From positions 288,001-352,000 of the forward strand of contig CAVOGR010000001.1 of the NCBI GenBank assembly GCA_963695555.1: DNA of 64,000 nt, written 5' to 3'. The position numbers and the translations under genes were made by a program. Shown in pieces: positions 38,466 through 47,562 of this stretch (position 1 is the first letter of the stretch; the number at the start of each line of letters is the position of its first letter). The notes beneath the pieces are model-generated. The model was not told the origin of the DNA, did no database searches, and worked only from the letters and a program-made list of their open reading frames with translations. This stretch comes from an uncultured Gemmatimonadales bacterium (GTDB lineage: Bacteria; Gemmatimonadota; Gemmatimonadetes; Gemmatimonadales; GWC2-71-9).

Positions 38466-39631
38466 TCCCTGACCAGCCCGTGACCGGTCATATCACGGAT
38501 GACCGACGGCGGGGCTCGGGGCGCCGCGTCCAGCCGCCCGACACCCAGAAGGTGCGGGAGGCGGGTGAAATCTGCCCGGAACTCTGGAGCGCCCTGGAGC
38601 TTGCGGGGGACGAAGTCCGGCACGAGTGGCAGGTGCTCTCGCGAGACGCGGTGTCGGCCGAGGAAGTCGGCGGGCACATCACCGCGTTGCTGGCCGCCGT
38701 GCGCGCTCTGGTCGAAGGCTCTGAGACTACCGCGCCATCACTTCCCAAGACTCCCCTGGCCCGGCGGGTCCTGCAGCTCCTCCGCCGCCGACTACTCGCA
38801 CTCGTCGCCGGCCTCGAGCCGATTCCCGATGCGAGTCAGATCCTCGGGCTCCTCCGGGGCATCGAGACGCTCCAGACGCGGATCGAGGCCGACTGGTCCC
38901 AGCATTTGGCAGAGCGGTTGGCCGGGCCGGACGGGCTCGAGTTGGTCGTCGAGGTCGCGCACGATCTGCGCTCTCCGCTCACGTCCATTCTGTTTCTGGC
39001 CGAGACGCTGCAGCGGGGTCGCAGCGGGAGTGTCTCCGAGATTCAGGAGCGGCAGCTCGGGCTGATCTACAGCGCGGCATTCGGATTGAGCGCCATGGCG
39101 AGCGATGTGATGGAGCTGGCCCGCGGCGGCGACCGCCTGGTCGACCTGGACCCCATTCCGTTCTCGATTGCGGATATTCTCGAGTCCGTGCGGGACATCG
39201 TCCAGCCCATCGCGGAGGAGAAAGGATTAACGGTCCGCGTCGCATCGCCCGACGATGACTTTCGGGTCGGCCATCCGGTGGCCCTGAGCCGGGTCCTGCT
39301 CAACCTGACGACCAATGCGCTCAAGTTCACTGACGAAGGATTCGTCGAGGTGCACGCCGTCGCCCGCGACGACACCACGGTCGAATATTCGGTGCGCGAC
39401 ACGGGCCGCGGCATCCCACCCCATGCCATGCGTACCCTCTTCGAGCCGTTCCGCCGCCGCCAGCAGCCCGGCAACTACGCCTTCTCCGGCTCCGGCCTGG
39501 GTCTCTCGATTTGCCGCAAGCTCGTTGAGGCCATGGGGTCCGAGCTGCTGGTCGATACGGTCCTCGGGGAGGGCACTCGGTTCTATTTCAGCCTCGTGCT
39601 TCCCCATGCCGAGCACGCGCCTCCGGCCTAG
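38462..39631 (+). CDS. Cytoplasmic sensor histidine kinase
   Basis: H box VAHDLRSPL, N box NL.TNALKFT, G1 DTGRGI, G2 GSGLGL; no TM; GTGA overlap with the regulator. Confidence 0.93.
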   Translation: MIPDQPVTGHITDDRRRGSGRRVQPPDTQKVREAGEICPELWSALELAGDEVRHEWQVLSRDAVSAEEVGGHITALLAAVRALVEGSETTAPSLPKTPLARRVLQLLRRRLLALVAGLEPIPDASQILGLLRGIETLQTRIEADWSQHLAERLAGPDGLELVVEVAHDLRSPLTSILFLAETLQRGRSGSVSEIQERQLGLIYSAAFGLSAMASDVMELARGGDRLVDLDPIPFSIADILESVRDIVQPIAEEKGLTVRVASPDDDFRVGHPVALSRVLLNLTTNALKFTDEGFVEVHAVARDDTTVEYSVRDTGRGIPPHAMRTLFEPFRRRQQPGNYAFSGSGLGLSICRKLVEAMGSELLVDTVLGEGTRFYFSLVLPHAEHAPPA

Positions 39632-39703
39632 ATCGGTGCCGGACCCCCGGCACCGCGGCCCCGGCTACCCGCGCAGCCCTTTTGCTCCCTATATTGCTAG
39701 GCT

Positions 39704-41295
39704 GTGACCAGGACATTGAGGGGGATATTGGGCGCTCACCACCTAGCCAGCCTATTCGAGGAACTCGTCTCCCGGCACCCCGATCGCGACCTAGCGGTCT
39801 TTGGCGACCGGCGATTGACCTTCGGTCAAGCCCACACGCGGGTCAACGCCCTCGCCGGTTCGTTCTCGGATCTCGGGGTGGCGCCCGGTGACCGGATCGC
39901 GGTGCAGCTGCCCAACTGGCCGGAGTGGATCCTCACCCTCCTCGCCGCCGCCCGGCTGGATGCGACCCTGGTCCCGCTCGACCCGTCGCAGGGCTTTCAC
40001 GACCTCCAGTACCAGCTTCGGCACAGTGACGCGAGGGCCGTCGTGATACCTGCCGCCTTTGGCGGGGTCGACTACCTCGAGGTGTTCGACGAACTGTTGG
40101 ATCGCTTGCCGGCCCTCCGCTGCCTGGCGGTGGTGGGGGCGGAGCTTTGGACCGACGATCGGATTTATCGATTCGACGAGCTCACGCGGAAGGGTCGGGC
40201 TTCGGCACTCGCCGCGCCGCTCGGCGATCCGGCCGAGACGCCGTTGGCCGTCTTCTACACCTCCGGAACGACGGGAAAGCCGAAGGGCGTGGTGTTGTCA
40301 CACCGGAACATCATCGATAATGCCATGCAGACGGGACGGGCGTTGGGCATGGGAGATGGGGAGCGAGTCTTGGCCGCCCTGCCATTCTTCCATTCGTTCG
40401 GCGCTTCGGTCTTGGTCGGTGCCGTTGCTCACGGGGCCACGGTGGTGCTGCAAGAGCGGTTCGAGGCGGCCGCCGCCCTCGACCTCCTCGAACGCGAGCG
40501 CGTCACCTTTCTGCACGGCGTCCCGACCATGTTCCAGCTGCTCATGCGGGAGCCGACCTTCCCCTCGCGCGACCTCTCGGCGCTTCGGGGCGGTGTCGTT
40601 GGCGGCAGCCCGGTTCCTGCGGATCTGGTCCGTCGGATCCGGGCTTGGTGCAACGTCGAGATCGCCTACGGCCTCACGGAGACCGGTCCGACCGTGAGCC
40701 TCACGCGCCCGGACGATCCGGAACAGAAGCGGAGTTCTACAGTTGGGCGGCCGCTGCCGGATGTCCTGGTGCGGGTCGCTGACATGACGAGCGGGGCGCT
40801 TCACGACGGGGAATCGGTCGGCGAACTCGCTGTCACCGGCCCCAACGTGATGCTCGGCTACCTCCGCATGCCGGGAGAGACCAAGAAGGCCTTCACGCCG
40901 GACGGATTCCTCCTCACGGGCGACCTCGCCTCGCTCGATGAAGACGGGTTCATCCACCTGCTCGGCCGACGGACGGAGCTGGTGTTCCGGGGCGGGCACG
41001 GCGTCCCCCCGCGGGAGGTCGAGGATATCCTCCAGCTGCACCAAGGGGTGGGCGATGCCTGTGTCGTGGGTATTCCCCACGAGGTGCTGGGGGAACTGAT
41101 CTGTGCGTGTATCCTCCCCATTGAGGGCGCCGTCATGACCGCCGACGAACTCAAAGACTTTTGTCGCGAATATCTCGCAGACCACAAGATCCCAGATCTG
41201 GTGCGTTTTTCGACGCCTTCCCCACGAGTGGGGGCGGCACCGTCCAACGCCAAGAACTCGCCCAGATCGTCAGCTTGGAGCTCAGCACGACGTGA
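39704..41295 (+). CDS. AMP-dependent acyl-CoA synthetase, with a probable -1 frameshift at the T5 run 41206-41210
   Basis: [22 protein letters not shown]. Adding one T gives [31 protein letters not shown] with its stop at 41293-41295, overlapping the next GTG. Confidence 0.85.
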
Positions 41296-42860
41296 CGCAA
41301 CCTACTGCTCGACCAGTCCGGGGTACCGTCCCGATGACGCACGCCCCCAATGCGGCCCTCCTGATCGATTTTGACAACGTGACGTTGGGTATCCGTTCCG
41401 ATCTCACCAAGGAACTCCGCACCCTGCTGAATAGTGAGATCATCAAGGGCAAAGTAGCCGTGCAGCGGGCCTACGCCGATTGGCGCCGATACCCGCAGTA
41501 CATCGTGCCCTTATCCGAATCGTCGATCGACCTCATCTTCGCGCCGGCCTTCGGCCCGAACAAGAAGAACGCCACGGACATCCGGCTCGCCGTGGATGCC
41601 ATAGAGCTCGTGTTTACCCGGTCTGAGATTGGAACGTTCATTCTCCTCTCGGGCGACAGCGACTTCTCGACCCTGGTCATCAAGCTCAAGGAATACGGCA
41701 AGTACGTGATCGGCGTCGGAATTCGTGAATCCGCCAGCGACCTGCTGATTCAGAATTGTGACGAGTACTACTCCTATTCCGACCTCGCCGGGTTGACCAA
41801 AGAATCAGAGCCGTCGTCCATCCAACGCGACCCGTGGGAAGTGGTGCGGGAAGCCATCGCGAGAATGACCGAACACGGCGACGTGATGCGTTCGGACCGG
41901 CTCAAACAAGTCATGCAGCAAATCGACCCCAACTTCGACGAGCGGAACTTCGGGTTCAATCGCTTCAGCAAGTTCGTGATCGAGGCCGGCAACAAGGGCG
42001 CCCTCCGACTGACCAAACTGGACAACGGCCAATTCGAGGTCGGCCCCATGGAGGCGCTCCCGACGGTCAAGGCCGCCGCTGCGCCCGGAACCGAAGATGG
42101 TGCCCGGCGCAGCCGGCGTGGGGGCCGTGGTCGGGGCGGCAAATCGGCGAAGAAGAAAACTGCGGCAGCGCCGACGAAAGGCGCCGGCGCACCAACCACT
42201 CCGCCGCCTTCGGGACATCGGCTCAGCCTGGCCAAGGCATTCGACCTCCTGCGCCACGCGCTCGATGAAATGGACCTCCCCGCTCCAGCTGCCGCCCTCC
42301 GTCTCCGTATGGCAACGCTCCATGGCCGAGAAGATCAGTTGCTCGAGGAAGGTCGATTTCAGCGGCTGCTCCGCCAGGCGCATGATGCGCACGTAGCGGA
42401 GGTGCTCAAGCTCGAGGACGGGACCTACGAAGTGAACCGGCTCGGCGACGTGGTCCGCGGAACGGCACCAGCGGCGCGAGCCCCGCAGAAGGCAGGCGCG
42501 AAGGCGCCCAGCACCGAGCCGCCCGTCCAGCCAGAGGCTGAGGAACGGGAGAAGGTCAACGGCAGACGGGCGGGGCTCAGATTCCGCCGTGGGTCCCGAA
42601 CACCGGCACGGAAGGAAGAGATCGCAATGGTCGGGGTCGTGACGGCCGATGACTCCGGTTCGGCCAAGACCAAGCCGAAGGAAACCGCCGCCGGGACAAA
42701 GTCCTCGAAGGCAGCCAAGAAGCGGAAACGGTCGCCCCGAAAGAAGACTGCCAGCGGGGCCAAGAAGAAGACGACGCGCAAGCGAGCGAATTCCGGAGCG
42801 GCTGCGAAGGCTTCGAAACAGACGGAAAGACCACCGGCCTCGCCAGACCCTTCCGCGTGA
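41292..42860 (+). CDS. NYN/LabA (DUF88) domain protein with OST-HTH/LOTUS-like domain and Lys-rich tail
   Basis: [53 protein letters not shown]. Confidence 0.88.
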   Translation: MTQPTARPVRGTVPMTHAPNAALLIDFDNVTLGIRSDLTKELRTLLNSEIIKGKVAVQRAYADWRRYPQYIVPLSESSIDLIFAPAFGPNKKNATDIRLAVDAIELVFTRSEIGTFILLSGDSDFSTLVIKLKEYGKYVIGVGIRESASDLLIQNCDEYYSYSDLAGLTKESEPSSIQRDPWEVVREAIARMTEHGDVMRSDRLKQVMQQIDPNFDERNFGFNRFSKFVIEAGNKGALRLTKLDNGQFEVGPMEALPTVKAAAAPGTEDGARRSRRGGRGRGGKSAKKKTAAAPTKGAGAPTTPPPSGHRLSLAKAFDLLRHALDEMDLPAPAAALRLRMATLHGREDQLLEEGRFQRLLRQAHDAHVAEVLKLEDGTYEVNRLGDVVRGTAPAARAPQKAGAKAPSTEPPVQPEAEEREKVNGRRAGLRFRRGSRTPARKEEIAMVGVVTADDSGSAKTKPKETAAGTKSSKAAKKRKRSPRKKTASGAKKKTTRKRANSGAAAKASKQTERPPASPDPSA

Positions 42861-43486
42861 GTACCCGGCTCGACCCGGACTTCTTCCTGCGGCCGGCCAA
42901 CCTCGTGGCCGCGGATCTCATCGGCACGCTCATCACATCGACGATGGCGGGCACGACCACGGTCGGCCGGATCGTCGAGACGGAAGCATACCTCGGCCAC
43001 CGTGATCCAGCCTCGCACGGCTACCGATTTCGCCGGCATGCGGGCAATGAGTCTCTCTATGCCGCGCCAGGCACGTGGTACGTGTACCGCTCCTACGGCA
43101 TTCACTGGTGTGCCAACCTGGTGTGCTCGGACACCGAGGGTGACGGGTCCGCCGTGCTCATTCGAGCGCTGGAACCTCTCCGCGGGCTTCGGGCCATGCG
43201 CCGCCGCCGCGGGACGCAGGTCGACACCGCCCTCTGCTCCGGGCCGGGAAAGCTCACTCAGGCTCTGGGGATAACCCGCGCGCTCGACGGGAGACCAATA
43301 GCAAGCGCGCCGGTCACGGTCGAGGTGGACTCGACCAGAGAACCGGCGCGCATTGCGGTGACGCCGCGCATCGGGATCACCAAAGCGGCTGACTGGCCCC
43401 TTCGATTTGCGCTCGAAGGGTCGCGCTGGCTATCGCGACGGGCTAGTGGCCGCTCCGTGTCCCCTCTCGTGACCCACCCAGGCTAA
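42857..43486 (+). CDS. mpg: DNA-3-methyladenine glycosylase (MPG/AAG family)
   Basis: GRIVETEAYLG..DPASH, YVY.SYG.HWC.N, AVLIRALEP, GPGKLTQALGI, PRIGI. Confidence 0.95.
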   Translation: MSTRLDPDFFLRPANLVAADLIGTLITSTMAGTTTVGRIVETEAYLGHRDPASHGYRFRRHAGNESLYAAPGTWYVYRSYGIHWCANLVCSDTEGDGSAVLIRALEPLRGLRAMRRRRGTQVDTALCSGPGKLTQALGITRALDGRPIASAPVTVEVDSTREPARIAVTPRIGITKAADWPLRFALEGSRWLSRRASGRSVSPLVTHPG

Positions 43487-44096
43487 ACCGCAGTCCGCCC
43501 GAGAAGGTGTGCGTCGGGCCCTTGATCAGCTTTTCCTCGCCCGGACGGGTGGTGATCTGGTACATGCCAAAGGCCGCCACCCCACCGACGCGGAACTGAA
43601 GCCCCCCGACGAACGTCCCGAACCCGAAGCTGCCGAAATCCTCGGCAATGGCCTTGGCCAGATCGGGGTCGGCCGCTCCGATGGGGAAGGGGTTATGCAA
43701 GTGCATGAACCCGAACCCGACCCCGAAGAACGGGGTCACCGCCGAGCGGAACGGATAGCCAATAATAACCGCGCTGTATTTCCGGATGTCGTTGAAACCG
43801 ACCTGTTGCACACCCGCCGGGGCGGTGGCGTCGGTGTAGGCCGCGCGTTCATCCGATCCAAACCCCTCCTCGACCGAGAGGAGGAGACCCGTGCGCTTGG
43901 CGGTAATGAGCATGTGCCCGCCGGCCATCGGGATCCCACCTTGGGTTTGGGCGTCCGTCTCGTAGACCGTCACGCCCCCATGAGCCCCAACGAACCACTG
44001 GAAGGTTCCGGAGCTTCCATCCTGGCCCGCCAAAGACGTCGTTCCCAGGAGCGCCCCGAGCGCGAGCGCCAAAAGACTGCGGGAAAGGATACGCAT
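43443..44096 (-). CDS. Exported protein, probable small outer-membrane beta-barrel
   Basis: Signal peptide MRILSRSLLALALGALLG, amphipathic strands (TPFFGVGFG, GGLQF, SGGLRFSL); GGAGG RBS. Confidence 0.65.
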   Translation of the reverse strand: MRILSRSLLALALGALLGTTSLAGQDGSSGTFQWFVGAHGGVTVYETDAQTQGGIPMAGGHMLITAKRTGLLLSVEEGFGSDERAAYTDATAPAGVQQVGFNDIRKYSAVIIGYPFRSAVTPFFGVGFGFMHLHNPFPIGAADPDLAKAIAEDFGSFGFGTFVGGLQFRVGGVAAFGMYQITTRPGEEKLIKGPTHTFSGGLRFSLGGSREGTRSGH

Positions 44097-44208
44097 CACT
44101 GTGCCTCCGTAGGGTTGTGGCAGTGAATTACGGGGACGCCGGCCCGTTGCGGGGCATTCCTCGACCTTCCCGCAGCGACCCGCTGGTCCTGTGACCCCCC
44201 CGGCCAGT

Positions 44209-44225
44209 AGCAAATCTCTTGCCCG
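44209..44225 (-). promoter_or_regulatory. Putative sigma-54 -24/-12 promoter
   Basis: CGGGCAAGAGATTTGCT upstream of the beta-barrel gene. Confidence 0.55.
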
Positions 44226-44416
44226 GGGGCTGGATTGCGCATGGTTCCGGGGCCCCAGACCCGCATTAGCAACGAAACCAGCCTCCCTGATGGGCGGAAA
44301 CAGGGTTTGACCTCGCAAATTCGAGGTCACAGCCTGGCGATGGGCCGGGGGCCGTTGCATTTGGCAAGGCCGCCCTGCCAAGGGCAATCGTCCCTATCGC
44401 TTGCGAAATACAGCAC

Positions 44417-45616
44417 TTAGATCACGTCGAGACGCTGGCCGACTCGCTGGAATGCGTCGAGCGCCTGGTCGAGGTCCTCTTTGGTGTGGGCCGCGGATAT
44501 TTGGCAGCGGACCCGCGCCTCTCCCTTTGGCACCACTGGGTAGCCGAACCCGGTCACGAACACCCCGGCATCGAGCAGCATGTCGCTCATCTGGATGGCC
44601 TTTGCCGTGTCGCCCAGAATGACCGGAATGATCGGTGTCTCGCCTGGCAGCGGCGAAAAGCCCAACGACTGGAGACCTTCGCGGAAATAGCGAGTGCTCG
44701 CCATGAGCTGGGCGACGCGTTCGGGGTGGCGCTCGAGGAACTCCACGCTCGCGAGGGCACTCGCTGCCACCGTCGGCGGCAGCGCGTTTGAAAAGAGCTG
44801 CGGTCGCGCCCGTTGCGTGAGGTAGTCGCACACGGTCGCCGACGCGGCAACGAAACCGCCGGCGGCACCGCCCAGGGCCTTGCCCAGGGTGGAGGTAATG
44901 ATGTCCACTTCTCCCAGCATGCCGAAGTGCTCGGCGGTGCCGCGTCCGTGAGTTCCCAATACGCCGGTCGCGTGTGAATCGTCAACCATCAGGAGCGCGT
45001 CGTGCGCCCGACAGAGTTCCGCGAGGCCTGGAAGGTTGGCTATCGCGCCCTCCATCGAGAATACACCGTCGGTTATGACCAACTTGATCTTTCGGTCGCG
45101 CGCCGCCTCCAGCTTTGCTTTGAGGTCGTCGAGATTGCCATGATCGTAAACGACCGCGTCGCACTTGGCGATGGACTTGGCTAGCCGGATGGCATCGATG
45201 ATCGAGGCATGATTGAGCTGGTCGCTCAGAATGATGTCGTCGGGACCGAGGATGGTGGCCGGGAGCGCCTCATTGGCGTTCCAGCAGCTGACGAAGCTCA
45301 GGCTGGCTTCCGTTCCCACCAGGCGTGCGCAGGCTCGTTCGAGGTCTCGGTGGACGGTGAACGTGCCACAAATGAACCGAACCGATGCGGTCCCCGCGCC
45401 GAACCGGTCCAGGGCCGCCTTGCCGGCTTCCACGACCTCGGGCTCCGCGCTCAATCCGAGGTAGTTGTTGGACGACAGGATGATGACCTCTCCCCGGCCG
45501 TCCATCGTGACCCGGGGGGCCTGCGGGCCGTCGAGATAATTGAGCCGTTTGTAGACGCCGTCTCGTTTGAACCCCTGGATATCCGCGTCCAGTCGTTGGT
45601 CCAGGCTCCTGTTCAT
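44417..45616 (-). CDS. kbl: Glycine C-acetyltransferase (2-amino-3-ketobutyrate CoA ligase)
   Basis: SSNNYLGL, SVRFICGT, LNHASIID, DGVFSM, DDSHATG, TLGKALGG, QRARP.LFSN; directly downstream of tdh. Confidence 0.93.
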   Translation of the reverse strand: MNRSLDQRLDADIQGFKRDGVYKRLNYLDGPQAPRVTMDGRGEVIILSSNNYLGLSAEPEVVEAGKAALDRFGAGTASVRFICGTFTVHRDLERACARLVGTEASLSFVSCWNANEALPATILGPDDIILSDQLNHASIIDAIRLAKSIAKCDAVVYDHGNLDDLKAKLEAARDRKIKLVITDGVFSMEGAIANLPGLAELCRAHDALLMVDDSHATGVLGTHGRGTAEHFGMLGEVDIITSTLGKALGGAAGGFVAASATVCDYLTQRARPQLFSNALPPTVAASALASVEFLERHPERVAQLMASTRYFREGLQSLGFSPLPGETPIIPVILGDTAKAIQMSDMLLDAGVFVTGFGYPVVPKGEARVRCQISAAHTKEDLDQALDAFQRVGQRLDVI

Positions 45617-46653
45617 CCGCCGATCTCCAGTATGACCTTCCCCGCTTTTCCGGCCTTGATTACCTGAATTGCGTCCGCGAAGCGTTCCAGCGGGAAGCGG
45701 TGGGTGATCACCGGGAGCGGATCCAGCAGCCCGCCGCGGAGGAACCGCTGCATCTGATGCCAGGTCTGGTACATTCGCCGGCCGGTGACCCCGTACAGGG
45801 TCAATCCCTTGAAAATGATGTCCCGCGCGAAATCGACTTCGGTGGTCTGCGACGGGGTTCCGAGGAGGTTGACGCGGCCGCCTAGCCGGGCGACGGCAAA
45901 GGCTTGGGCGTGACCGCTCGGGTGCCCGCTCATTTCGCACACCACGTCCACTCCTTCCCCGTCGGTCAGCTCGAGGATTCGCGCGGTGACGTCGTCCGAC
46001 CCGGCGTTGAGCGTGCAATGGGCGCCCATGGTACGCGCGATTTCGAGGCGACGCTCGATGATGTCACTGGCGATGACGAGCGATGCGCCGGCCGCTCGCG
46101 CCACGCCAACCGCAAAACAGCCGATGGGGCCGCAGCCAAGGATGAACACCGTGCGTGCCGTGACGTCCGTCTCGAACACGGTATGGAAGGCGTTGCCCAT
46201 TGGGTCCATGATCGCGCCGATCTCGGTCGGAATGCCCTGGAGCTTCATGACGTTGGACTCGGGCATGGCGATGTAATCGGCAAAGGCGCCGTCACGATCG
46301 ACCCCAATGATTTGGGTCCGGCGGCACAGGTGAGCGCTCCCGGTGCGGCATTGAAGGCAGTGTCCGCACACGATATGGCCCTCGGCCGTGACCGGGTCGC
46401 CCACCGCCAGGACCCCCGTCGCCTCCGCCTCCGGGCCCAGCTGCGTGATCACACCGGCGAATTCGTGTCCGATAATGACCGGCGGCTTGAGGCGCCGGCT
46501 CGCCCAGGCATCCCAATTCCAGATGTGCAGGTCGGTGCCGCACAAGCCGGCATGATGCACGCGGATGAGGACATCGTTTGGGCCGCATGCCGGCTGAGGC
46601 GCATCCTTCAGCTCCATGCCGGGTCCAGCCTTGGCCTTTACGAGGGCTCGCAT
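45613..46653 (-). CDS. tdh: L-threonine 3-dehydrogenase
   Basis: CGTDLHI.NWD.W, GHEF.G, EGHIVCG.C..C, DPMGNA.HT, EMSG, G.TGR.MY.TW. Confidence 0.93.
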   Translation of the reverse strand: MRALVKAKAGPGMELKDAPQPACGPNDVLIRVHHAGLCGTDLHIWNWDAWASRRLKPPVIIGHEFAGVITQLGPEAEATGVLAVGDPVTAEGHIVCGHCLQCRTGSAHLCRRTQIIGVDRDGAFADYIAMPESNVMKLQGIPTEIGAIMDPMGNAFHTVFETDVTARTVFILGCGPIGCFAVGVARAAGASLVIASDIIERRLEIARTMGAHCTLNAGSDDVTARILELTDGEGVDVVCEMSGHPSGHAQAFAVARLGGRVNLLGTPSQTTEVDFARDIIFKGLTLYGVTGRRMYQTWHQMQRFLRGGLLDPLPVITHRFPLERFADAIQVIKAGKAGKVILEIGG

Positions 46654-46684
46654 GTTCCTCCGATGAATGCTCTACGGGGCGCCG

Positions 46685-47482
46685 CTACTGGATTGCCCGT
46701 GCCAGTCCTCCGTCGATGCTCAGCGCCGTGCCCGTGATGTAGCGCGCCCGCTCCGAGACCAAGAAAGCCGCCGCCCAGGCCAACTCCTCCGGCTTCCCAA
46801 CGCGACCCAGCGGTACGGATCGGGCCATTTCGTTCAGCACCTCATCTCGCGGCCGGTCCTGGGCACGGCTACGCGCCTCCGCCAAGGTCACCAGGCGCTC
46901 CGTTTCAATGTAGCCCGGGCACAAGGTGTTCACCGTGACGCCGTGTGCCGCGACCTCGTCCGCGAGGCTCTTTGCGAACCCGAGCACCCCGGCGCGTGCC
47001 GTGGTCGAGAGTATCAACCCAGCTACGGGTTGTTTGGCGGCGACCGAGGTCATGCAGAGAATGCGACCCCACCTCCGGGCGATCATCAGCTCGATCGCTG
47101 CGCGACATAGCTGCACCGTGGACAGGAGGTTGAGCCGCAGCGCGTCGAGCCACGCCTCGCCCGGGAGGTCGCGTGCCGTGCCCGGAACCGGTCCGCCCGC
47201 ATTACACACTAAGATATCGACGGAGCCGAATTGCTGCGCAGCTCGCCGCACCAGGTCTTCCGCCTGCTCCGCCACCGACACGTCCGCGACGAGCCGAGCC
47301 GCCGGGGCCGCCCCATCTCGCGCCAGCGCGGCCTCCGCGGCCGCCAGCCGCTCGTCGTCGCGGCCATTGATGACCACGCGCGCGCCCTCGAGGGCGAGCG
47401 CCTTCGCGATGGCTTTTCCCAGCCCGCTAGAGCTGCCACAGACGAGGGCGACCTTGTCCGTGAGGCCGAGGTCCATCGTCAT
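46685..47482 (-). CDS. SDR family oxidoreductase
   Basis: ALVCGSSSGLG, LVCNAGGP, VN.LCPG, PLGR.G.PEE, YITG....DGG. Confidence 0.9.
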   Translation of the reverse strand: MTMDLGLTDKVALVCGSSSGLGKAIAKALALEGARVVINGRDDERLAAAEAALARDGAAPAARLVADVSVAEQAEDLVRRAAQQFGSVDILVCNAGGPVPGTARDLPGEAWLDALRLNLLSTVQLCRAAIELMIARRWGRILCMTSVAAKQPVAGLILSTTARAGVLGFAKSLADEVAAHGVTVNTLCPGYIETERLVTLAEARSRAQDRPRDEVLNEMARSVPLGRVGKPEELAWAAAFLVSERARYITGTALSIDGGLARAIQ

Positions 47483-47562
47483 CGACCCCGGCAGGGGCGG
47501 TCCGGAGAGATGGTCATGATCGTGTGGACGCGGTGTCGGGGTGCCGAAGCCGCATCGTGACC

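Noticed and set aside
41296..41374. C-terminal extension of the acyl-CoA ligase in the ORF track
   Set aside because: Product of the frameshift; it overlaps the NYN gene by 83 bp
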